From Eledone cirrhosa (taxonomy: Eukaryota), in contig OZ024740.1 in the NCBI GenBank assembly GCA_964016885.1, positions 226,486,001 to 226,550,000 on the forward strand: a stretch of DNA of 64,000 nt. Direction: 5' to 3'. A program made the translations under genes and the position numbers. This document shows positions 54,545 through 64,000 of this stretch, piece by piece. The stretch's first letter is position 1. Each line of letters begins with the position of its first letter. Under the pieces are notes generated by a model. It ran no database searches and had not been told where the DNA came from. It saw only the letters and a list, made by a program, of their open reading frames with translations.

Positions 54545-55010
54545 CATCATCGTCATTTTACATCCGCTTTTCCCTGTTTGCAAGGGTTGAAAAGTTCCTA
54601 TTCAGCACAACATCTCTCCATTTGTCACGGTCCTTCGTCATGTTTTCTATCAGCTTCAGTGATCTGTGGTCAGCTCTCACCCCCTCTGCCCATAATTGTT
54701 GTGGTTTCCTCTACTGCATCTTCCTTCCACTGGGATTTCTTGGCACTTCTTTACTCAGCGATCATCCTCCATGTGCATCACATGTCCATACCAATGCAGT
54801 CTTCTCTCTCACACACTACAGTTTATCCCTCTTATACACAGTTTCTCTCTCAACTCATCTATGCTTGGTCGTTTATGCACATTGACATTGTGCATCCATC
54901 GGAGCATGCTTGCTTCATTTCTCTCCAGCTATCAAATATGCTCCGCAGTTGCTGCCCATGTCTCACTACCATGCAGCATCACGCATCTCACACAGGCATC
55001 ATATAAGAAA
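54545..55010 (-). mobile_element. RTE (subfamily 2) 3' fragment
   Basis: Homologous to 12645-13090. Confidence 0.85.
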
Positions 55011-55128
55011 AGCACTATCTACAGCCCAGTATTGACCATATCTCCAGAATTTAAGAGGGATCAAAATTCTGACCTCATCTTCAGGTGCTTATATGAGTAT
55101 AAGTGCCTGAAGATATACATACACATAT

Positions 55129-55390
55129 GTATGAGGTGGTATCAAAACGTTTCTGCACTAGTTCTGTAGTGCATGCAGTGAGAGTTAGCAGAGACCTTCA
55201 TGCACCAGTATGCTGAGTGATATTGCTGTGTTCACTTTGCAAGTTGTGAAATTTGTGTTTTTGTGTTCATGTATATGCTGGAGTCTGTGATTTTGTCATG
55301 AACAAGAAGTTGGAACAAAGAGCCAACGTGAAATTTTGCAATGTTTTGAAACATTTGAGGGAGAATGTTTGGTGGAAGCAACCCTAATTG
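55129..55390 (+). mobile_element. mariner 5' fragment
   Basis: TIR-like tatgaggtggtatcaaaacgtttc; MNKKLEQRANVKFC at 55298. Confidence 0.65.
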
Positions 55391-55796
55391 CCACCTTCTA
55401 TATATACATCATTGTCATTTTAATGTTTGCTTTCCCTGTCAGCATGTAATATCCAAGACTCCATTGTCTAATGTAGCCTTCCTTTCATTTAAGACAGTTA
55501 GGAGATATTTGAGGAAGAACTTACTTGTTATTTCTTGCAGATGAAGCGACCATCAGTTTGTTTCTATTATTAATGTACTGGAAGTATTTATAATTATTTT
55601 CTATTTACATACATTGCATTAGAATTGGTTCACACCTAGATGGTGTAATGAATTATAATTACACAAATGAGAAGTGAAAACAGCATACCAAGTTTTGTTG
55701 ACAATATGAAACAAGGAAAATAATCTCATTTGCAGTTAGGCATAATTCAATACCCATGTGATAATTCTGCTTCCATAACATATACATAAATGTGTT

Positions 55797-55886
<90 letters not shown>

Positions 55887-55977
55887 TATGTGTGTCTATC
55901 AATATATATATATATTTACATGCTTAGTGTGTATGTATGATTGCATATGACGCATAAGAATATGCATATATATATGC

Positions 55978-56365
55978 CATCATCATCGTCATTACTGTTT
56001 TACGTACATTCTTCCATGCTAGCATGGGTTAGAGTTGTCCTATTGTGGGCAATGCCAGGTGAGGTGACCAGGTCTTGCTCATACAGAACTGATTTTGGCT
56101 TGATTTCTACAGCTGGATACCCTTCCTAACAACAATCTCATTTTCAGTGTGAACTGGGTGCTTTTTTAATGTGTCTCCTGGTGGTGGGAACATACTCTCT
56201 ATATGCTTCAGCTTTGGCTTGTGGGAAGTTGGGTCTTCTGTATTACTGCATAACACCAGAGGTCTCGGTCCTGTGACATCGCCTTTGAGAGGTGCAATTG
56301 GGCAAAATCAGCTTTTATCACTTCATCCCAAGTCTTCTTGCGTCTCACCACTCCAAGACTTCCAT

Positions 56366-56368
<3 letters not shown>
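55978..56368 (-). mobile_element. RTE 3' end (degenerate)
   Basis: Homologous to 19189-19655. Confidence 0.8.
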
Positions 56369-56421
<53 letters not shown>

Positions 56422-56896
56422 TCATCATCATCATTTAACGTCCACTTTCCACACTAGCATGGGTTAGATGGGATGTATATATACATATATCACCATCATC
56501 ATTTAACATCCATTTTCCCTACTAGCAAGGCTTAATTGTACTTAATTGCTGCCATTGACTCCTCAGATAGGCCAGAGACCATAGCTCCTTTATGCACATT
56601 TCCTGATTTTATAGAATGCACTGGTTGAATTTTATTATGTAAGAAACTTCCATGTCTTTGATGTAACTAAGTGTTCGCTCAACCTTTTGTTTGACAAGAT
56701 ATTTTAATGGCTTGATTCTTTTTCTACCATGAACTAATTTACAGAATGTACAAGATGTTTTTATCATAGCACCAACACTAGAAAGTTAGTTGTGTCCTTG
56801 ACATAATAGAATAAGTAGAAAAGGAAGATGACAAGTAAAATGTCTTGAATGTATGACATCTTTAGTGGGATTGAATGGTTTTTTTATATATATATA

Positions 56897-57349
56897 TCAT
56901 CATCATCATCATCATCAGCACTGTTTAACGTCTATCTCCCACGCTAGCATGGGTTAGACGGGAGTTGTCCCACTTGAAGCAAGATTGGTTGGGTTACCGT
57001 GTTTCGCTTGTATAGGACTATCTGGCAGGTTTTGTATGGCTGGATGCCCTTCCTAACACCAACCTCATTTACAGTGAGTGCTGGGTGCTTTTTTTCTGTG
57101 GTGCCTACACATCCATTTTACAGTGTGGGCTGGGTGCTTTTTTTTTTTGCCGTGGCACCTCCACGACCACTTTGCAGTGGAATGATAGGGACCCTAGTCC
57201 TATCATCTCATTTCTACAGCTGAGTAAACCGGAGCAATGTGAAATAAAGTGTCTTGCTCAAGGAAGCAATACATCACCCGGTCCGAGATTTGAACTCACA
57301 ACATTTCGATTGCAAGTCCAATGCTCTAACCACTAAGCCATGTGCCTTC
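56897..57349 (-). mobile_element. tRNA-derived SINE with an alternative RTE tail
   Basis: Same head and body as 34462, but the terminal tail matches 6486-6660; another tail fragment lies at 57365-57568 (+). Confidence 0.8.
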
Positions 57350-57623
57350 ACATACATATATATGTGGTCGTGGAGGTGCCATGGCAAAAAGCACCCAGCC
57401 CACACTGTAAAGTGGACGTGTAGGCATCACGGAAAAAAAGCCCCCAGCACTCACTGTAAATGAGGTTGGTGTTAGGAAGGGCATCCAGTGTAGAAATCAA
57501 GCCAGAATCAGTTCCCATCCCACCCTTGCAAGCAGAGAAAAGCGGATGTAAAATGATGATGATGATGATATGTACATATATATACACACACATATATATA
57601 TACACACACATATATATATATAT

Positions 57624-57689
<66 letters not shown>

Positions 57690-57703
<14 letters not shown>

Positions 57704-59055
57704 ATTTGAAGACTAAAATCAAAAGAGGGCTCGATAAGGATAAATATATATCAAATATATAAGAACCGTAGAGCAAATATTTATTAAAATAACAGATTAA
57801 AGTTTAAGCAAAGAATCGCTGCTTTCACCCTTAACGGGATCTTCTGAAACTAACAAAGTCAATCTGTAAACGCAGAAGTGGATATTTCAAAAAACGTTGC
57901 AACCGGAGGAAGACAGGAAGACGATACTTTGGTTCGTGGAAACGTTCCCTGGCAAAGAACGGGAAAAAACGAATATAATACGTCATTAATAGGAGCGGTG
58001 AAAAACAATTACGCGCAAAGACAAAACCACGTTTATGGTATAAAAGAGGTCGTAGACTAATGTTCTCTTAGGTGGTTCATAGAGACGTTCTCTGGCAATG
58101 AACGAAAAAAACCAAGATAATACGTCATATGTTTAGCGTGGAGAACAATTGCATGCAAAGACAAAACCACGTAAATGGTATAGCAGAAGTCGTAGACTAA
58201 AATTCTAACTAGGAGACCGAATGAATCTCCGCTTCAGAGTTAAGAATAAAATAAATAAATACAATACAGAGGTAATAGAAATTAAATAAATACATACACG
58301 CATACAAATACGTACATACACAAGCATACGCGAAAACACTTACCATAGGTATACAAAACCACGCACATATAAATATGTGTGTGTGTGTGTGTGCGTGTAT
58401 ACAAATAAATAAATAATTAAATAAACGTATATAAATAAATAAATACGTATATAACAAGCGCACACACATACCTACATGTAAATACACGAATGTTCGGAGA
58501 CGTAAGTCAACTAAAACATGAAGTACACATATACACACACCCTACATAGGTACGAACCTGCATACTCACACAGACGCAAAACTCTCGTATACACATAACC
58601 AAACCATATGTACTAGAATATATAAAATTATACGCCATAACATATACAATCAAATATACGTACGAGAAAGTATACGTACCTTCACAAAACATACAGGTAA
58701 TATATACTTACCTATGCAAATAAGTAATGGTAAACAAAACATATACTTAGCTACCACATCAAGACGTAAAATATCCACGTATAGATCGTACTATCCGTTA
58801 GGGTATAACGTGGGGCTGTAATACAGGAAAGTTTTGTGCAATTTATGTTTACAAGCCGAAATTGCCTCAGATTTTTTGTTTAAGATGTGGTCTTTGGCGT
58901 AGAGTATTTCCAGGGCCTCAGCGGCGCAGAGGTCACATGGTCTTTTTTCAGCTTATATCTGGAGTCTAAAAGACAACCACACCCAATATAAGTTACACTG
59001 CGAGATCCTAGCTAGGGCTAGATCGTATAACGGAAATAAAAGACCATGTGATATT
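57690..59055 (-). mobile_element. PLE family B: GIY-YIG C-terminus, intron-containing pLTR, 5' inversion
   Basis: Minus strand KRPCDLCAAEALEILYAKDHILNKKSEAISACKHK; inverted SAYIWSLKDN..EILARARSYNG on the plus strand. Confidence 0.85.
57949..58711 (-). other. spliceosomal intron (763 nt) within the PLE pLTR
   Basis: Donor gcatag|GTAAGT; acceptor ttttttcccgttctttgccAG|ggaacg; precisely absent at the 51198/51199 junction. Confidence 0.85.
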
Positions 59056-59248
59056 TTTTAGGGACGGATTGGCAGTATCGGTAGAGGGTCGGACTCCATA
59101 CTTTGACGCATAGAGCTACGGCCCTTGCCATTCTGAGTTCAAATCAAGCCGAGGTTGACTTTGCCTTTCATCCTTACAGGGTTGATAAAATAAATACCAG
59201 TAATGCACTAGGTAATTGCTGGCCTTGTGCCAAAAGTAGCAACAATTA

Positions 59249-60560
59249 TTTAATTATTTCGTCAAAAGTATTTAATATAAAGAATATTTCCTCTATACAA
59301 AGATCACAATTTTCAGAAGAGGAGTTAAAAGGAGTAGCTTTTGAAATAATATTCCAAAGCAACGAATATTTAACGTTCTTTAGTTTGAGGTCCCATAATA
59401 AGCTAGATAGAGAAGTTGAAGATTTTTTGTTTGGATTTGTAAAAGAATTTTTATGATTATTGAAACGGGATTTAAACTCTGTGGAAGTGGATCCCACATA
59501 ATTAAATGAATTTAAATTAGTTTTTACATTACAATTATATACTAATTTTTAGCTAAGCAATTGTTATTTAACGGACAGTTAGATTTATTTCTACAGTTAC
59601 ATTTATCAAATTGGATATTGCTTGGGTTATTAGTGGTATTTTGGTTAGGTTTTAAATTTCTATTATTAATTCTATTAATATTTTGCGCTAAATTTTTGGT
59701 GGATGAATAAGTTAATTTTATAGTATGTCTATTAAAAATTGAGTAATATCTATGTGTTCTAGGGAAGCATTGGTCAAGAGCTTTAAAAAATAGTTTAGCA
59801 ATAGGGGTTTTAATATTTAATGAGAAAGGAGGAGCGAACCATAATATATTCCTAGTTCTATTTCTTTTTTTGTTTTCCGAATTATTGTAAGGTTTTCTAT
59901 TATAGTTGTTAAAATTGTTAAGATTATGGTTAGTTGTTATATTATTATTATCAATGTATTTAATTTTATTTCTATACCCAGCTCTACCTAACGCTTCGTT
60001 GTAATAATGTGCTTTTTCATCAAATATATTCTTATTAGCTGAAATTCTCGAAATGCGTTGCTGTACAGAGTTCACTTAAGTATTTTTAACGGATCTGGGG
60101 TGATTAGAGTTAAAATTGACGTAGTTTAAGTTCTCGTTTAGTTTGTGAAATGGATAATGAAGACATGTGTTAAGGTTTAGTGTTACATCTAGAAAGTTAA
60201 CTATTTTATGGTTATTCTCTTTTAGATTAAGGTAATTAAAAAATTGTATAATTTGTTTTCTTTTCCTATTTAGTTCACAGTTATTATTTTCTATAAGTAA
60301 AAGCATGTCGTCACGATATAAACCTCCGGTCATCACAGGTATTTTCCTATGTAGAGAATTATTTATAAAGAAGCTCACAAGATCCGTTACCTGAGCGGAA
60401 TCAGATGATCCCATAGTTATATCAAAGTTATTATTTCTATCTGCTCTAGTCCAGAGTTGGTTATTAAATTCTATTAATGTTTTCCGTGCCGATAATATAA
60501 TGTGCATTTCATTGATGTGCATTTCATTAATGTGAATTTCATTGCTAGTTAAGTCTGTAT
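59249..60560 (-). mobile_element. AT-rich Penelope-like element fragment (RT + GIY-YIG)
   Basis: FDITMGSSDSAQVTDLV, GLYRDD, VNFLDVTLNL, SNHP, WFAPPFS, CNCRNKSNCPL, GSTSTEFKSRFNNH, CDLCIEE. Confidence 0.92.
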
Positions 60561-60689
60561 GTTTAAATGCGTTTATATATGTATTTCATTGCTAGTTAAG
60601 TCTGTATGTTTAAATATGTTTATATTTTATCTGATGAAAGCACACCATAATTTAACTTGGTGTCCTTATATATATATTTTTTTTTTTTT

Positions 60690-60908
60690 TCAATCGATCG
60701 ACTTTCGTCAAATCGGACCGAGGAAACAATGTTTCCGTTGGTCTTTCCAGTTGCTAGTACTATCTATCGGTCGCAACTCCAGGTAGAAGGAGCAACGTGA
60801 AATAAAGTGTCTTGCTCAAGGACATAACGCATCGCCCGGTCCAGGAATCGAACTCACAACCTCAAGATTGTGAATCCAATTCTCTAACCACTCAGCCACA
60901 CGCCTTCA
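60690..60908 (-). mobile_element. tRNA-derived SINE
   Basis: Minus strand tggctgagtggt ... gagttcgattcc; ccttgagcaagacac body. Confidence 0.75.
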
Positions 60909-60959
60909 CAATATATATACGATATTAACAAATGGAAACTATATTTATAAAACCATATT

Positions 60960-61024
60960 TATTTCATTATACATATTTCAAAGACACCAAGTTAAATTAT
61001 GGTGTGCTTTCATCAGATAAAATA
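60960..61024 (-). ncRNA. type I hammerhead ribozyme (family A)
   Basis: tattttat CTGATGA aagcacacca..tggtgtcttt GAAA tatgta TA atgaaata; a truncated plus-strand copy lies at 60623-60667. Confidence 0.75.
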
Positions 61025-61469
61025 TAAACATATTTAAACATACATATATATATATGTGTGTGTGTGTTAATATATCCTTTTCAGACCTATATAATCATGT
61101 TTATATATATGTATATTTATGAATTATAGGTTTGCTATATTATGAATGTTTTGTTTGGCTGTATATTTCTGTTTTTATTAAAATCATGAATTTTTAAAAC
61201 ACGATCAAACTTTAATGAAGTAACATTGTTATTAATTGTTTTTATTAATAACATATTTAATATATATGAGTAAAGACAATAACATATTTCTTACTAGGTT
61301 GTAAGTATTTCCTCTAAACCCTCTGTTTTCTCTTTTGTTTGCTCATTCTGACTCAAATTAAAATTGTTCCATATGTTTACATTTACTACTTCAATCCACT
61401 AACTCTTTCCTATAGAAAATTATACAGGGTGCAACATAAATACTGTTACAAAATATTAAGTGAGTTTAA

Positions 61470-61653
61470 CCCTTTAGCATTTACATTACTCTATACTTAC
61501 TATTGTATTTCACATAGTTATCTCATAATATTGAATCTATGAGATTTTGATAACAATACCTTAACATCAGTATGAGCAGCCAGTTACAGCCAGTTTGAAC
61601 AGAAAGAGGTGAGAGAATTCTGGCCGGATATGGCCGGTTTAAATACTAAAGGA
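61470..61653. mobile_element. piggyBac-type MITE
   Basis: TTAA|ccctttagcattt ... aaatactaaagga|TTAA. Confidence 0.65.
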
Positions 61654-61913
61654 TTAATTCATAACTGTTTCTACATTTGGCACAAGGTCAGCAATTAGCC
61701 CAGTTGATTAAGTTGACCCCAATGCATTACTGGTGCTTTATTTTATTGACTCAGTAAGTATGAAAGGAAAAGTTAACATCGGCAGGATTTGAACTCAGAT
61801 CATAAAGGGCCGTAACTCAATGCGCCGAAGCAGGTTATTCGAAGCTCGCTAAAAAATTAACCTAATACTATATACTGACTGTTTTTGCAAATTATATAAG
61901 AATTCATTGCAGA

Positions 61914-62030
61914 AATGTCCTTAGATTTGAAAAGAAAATTTATAATTGAACACTATGAAAAAGGGAATACTCCACCTCAGATTTTTAAAACTAGAAAACA
62001 GCTTGGAATTAACAGAATGCTCATCAAAAT
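61914..62030 (+). mobile_element. Tc1/mariner-like transposase N-terminal remnant
   Basis: MSLDLKRKFIIEHYEKG/(fs)NTPPQIFKTRKQLGINRMLI resembles the HTH start of these transposases. Confidence 0.45.
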
Positions 62031-63514
62031 ATATATAAGGAAAATTTAATCTTACCAAACACTGTTGGAAAATCTTCGAAGTAAACAATATTAATAATGA
62101 ATATTATATTTATAAATGAGGTGGTGGTGCTGATGACATGAAAAAAGCACCCAGTTCTCCTTGTAAGGTGGTCATGCTGGTGACAGGATGAAAACTACCC
62201 TGTTCAACCTGTCAGTTGGTCATTTTGCTGCCACCATAAAAAGCACTCAGACCCAAGAGGGTCTTAACATTTCTGATGCTAGTCCTTCATCAGAAGAAAG
62301 AATGAGAAATTAAAAAGATTGAAGGGACAGGCAAGGTGGAATTGGAGAAAATGTTTTTAGAGAAAAATAATAGGTCCATTCATGTTGCCATCTCTTGAAA
62401 AACTGTTGATGCTGGCGTTTTGTGTGATATATTTTTTTAGAAAAGTGGATGATGAAGTGTGTCTACCTGAAATAGAAAAACAAACGTATTGTATAAAGAC
62501 CTATACTTGTGCATGTCTGTATGCATGTGTGTGTGTGTCATAATCATTGTGATTTTAATGTCCCTTTATATATATATACCTCTCTAGTTTTGGTGATCTA
62601 CACAAGAAATGCACCCAATACACACTGTAAAGTGATTGGTGATAAGAAGAGTATCTCACCATAGATATTGCATATTGCAAACAAAAGACCAGCATTATTC
62701 TGAAATGCAGTTAGAGGAAGCTGTCCTTAAAATGATCCATCTAAGTATGGCTTCAGTGGTATAATGGCCATTGAGTTGCATCCTAGGAAAACATTTAATA
62801 AAATCAGTGCATATGTTTTTTTTGTTTCTAATGGAAGGTACAGATCCGGAGATCTATCTGCTAACAACATCTACTCCAAGACGAGCTTTATGTTTGGTTC
62901 CAGATGATGGTCAGGAATGCACTTATTGTATCATATATACAAGGATTCTGGAATGATGATGCCAGTGAACAAGTGTAACATTTGTTTATACATGTCTTTC
63001 TACAGCTCATCTCTTTGACTGAGCTCCAGTCCTGGTTCAAATGCAGTCCTAGGTTAGGCTTTAGAAATGTTGTCAGGCCCTCACTATATTCTACCAACTG
63101 AGCAATGCAATCAATTGATCATCAAAACTTTCATTTTATGGAGAGTGAATGGAGTGTGTGCATGACAATGGACTAAGACTATTCTGGAAATCAAAGAAGT
63201 AGGTGTGAATAATCTCTTCTGGAAGACTATTAGTTTTGGGATAATGGACAATTTATTAAAAGCTTTGGGTTGCAAATGCAATAATAGGGCAATACTTGTT
63301 AGGGTTAATCTTCAAAGAGGCAAAAGTGGCAACAATTGAATATGTCTGAGATGTTTGCAGGGTTGTACAACTATCCTGCATGCACATGATCACTGTTCAT
63401 ACAGTGGTGACCTGTGTCAAACAACAGGTGTCAGATGCAGGAAAGATCCAGCTACCAGCTGAATCTAATATGAATATTGACCAATGGTTTTCCTTTGGCA
63501 AGAACAGTTAGTCT

Positions 63515-63706
63515 TGAAAAGTTTTTAATCTAACCAAGATACTCTCATGGAATTACCAAATGTGGTTTATTTTTCAACCTAGTCCCTGGAAAGAAACAAT
63601 GCAGTTATTAATAAGAAGAAGAGTTGAAATTAATGCATGCAAGATTTCACAGCTCTAGCATCACTCCTTCATAGTCAACCTATGAACTTTTCAGTCCACC
63701 TTCGTA
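63515..63706. mobile_element. mariner-type MITE (left end degenerate)
   Basis: Homologous to 478-676; right TIR gtcaacctatgaacttttcagtccaccttcgta. Confidence 0.75.
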
Positions 63707-64000
63707 GATAGGAGCTATGATGAAGGAAGTTGTATGAAGAATGCTGCTAAAAAGTTTGAGGATAGGGCTTATCGTCTTTGGCAAAGCTCTCATGATTATC
63801 TTCAAGTACCAATTGAAGAGAATGGTGAAGGAAAATAACATTTTATGAAAAATTAGAGACAATAGTAAGATTGATATGGCTAAATAGATCTATTTCAATG
63901 ATGCAACTATAAGCAGGTAGCACAAAGTTCAGAGATGACTTTGGGCTTTGATTCATTAGAGTAATCTGGGGCTTTATGTGAAGTATCTCAATTTACACTA

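Noticed and set aside
62700-63500. Non-repetitive stretch with short ORFs
   Set aside because: No identifiable domain or splice structure.

Overview
AT-rich, microsatellite-dense eukaryotic DNA. The SINE families and repeat composition suggest an octopus/cephalopod genome (inference). I found no supportable host gene, rRNA, true tRNA or CRISPR array; most ORFs in the track are translations of (TA)n/(CA)n/(CAT)n tracts or antisense TE frames. The window is a nested transposon graveyard. It holds many RTE-clade LINE copies, one nearly intact and carrying a PHD-like C4HC3 finger inside the RT region. It also holds at least five Penelope-like element (PLE; RT + GIY-YIG) remnants, a CR1-like fragment, mariner, Helitron and piggyBac-type pieces, tRNA-derived SINEs and a 41-bp minisatellite. 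The main hidden signal is a set of short fold-back or partially tandem non-coding elements sitting in (TA)n tracts. They carry type I hammerhead ribozyme (HHR) motifs from several unrelated families, some with clear compensatory covariation, and look like PLE pseudo-LTRs and retrozyme-like units. One PLE family shows an intron-containing pseudo-LTR plus an exactly spliced inverted copy of it. All HHR calls come from manual folding and need covariance-model and in vitro confirmation. Element boundaries are approximate.
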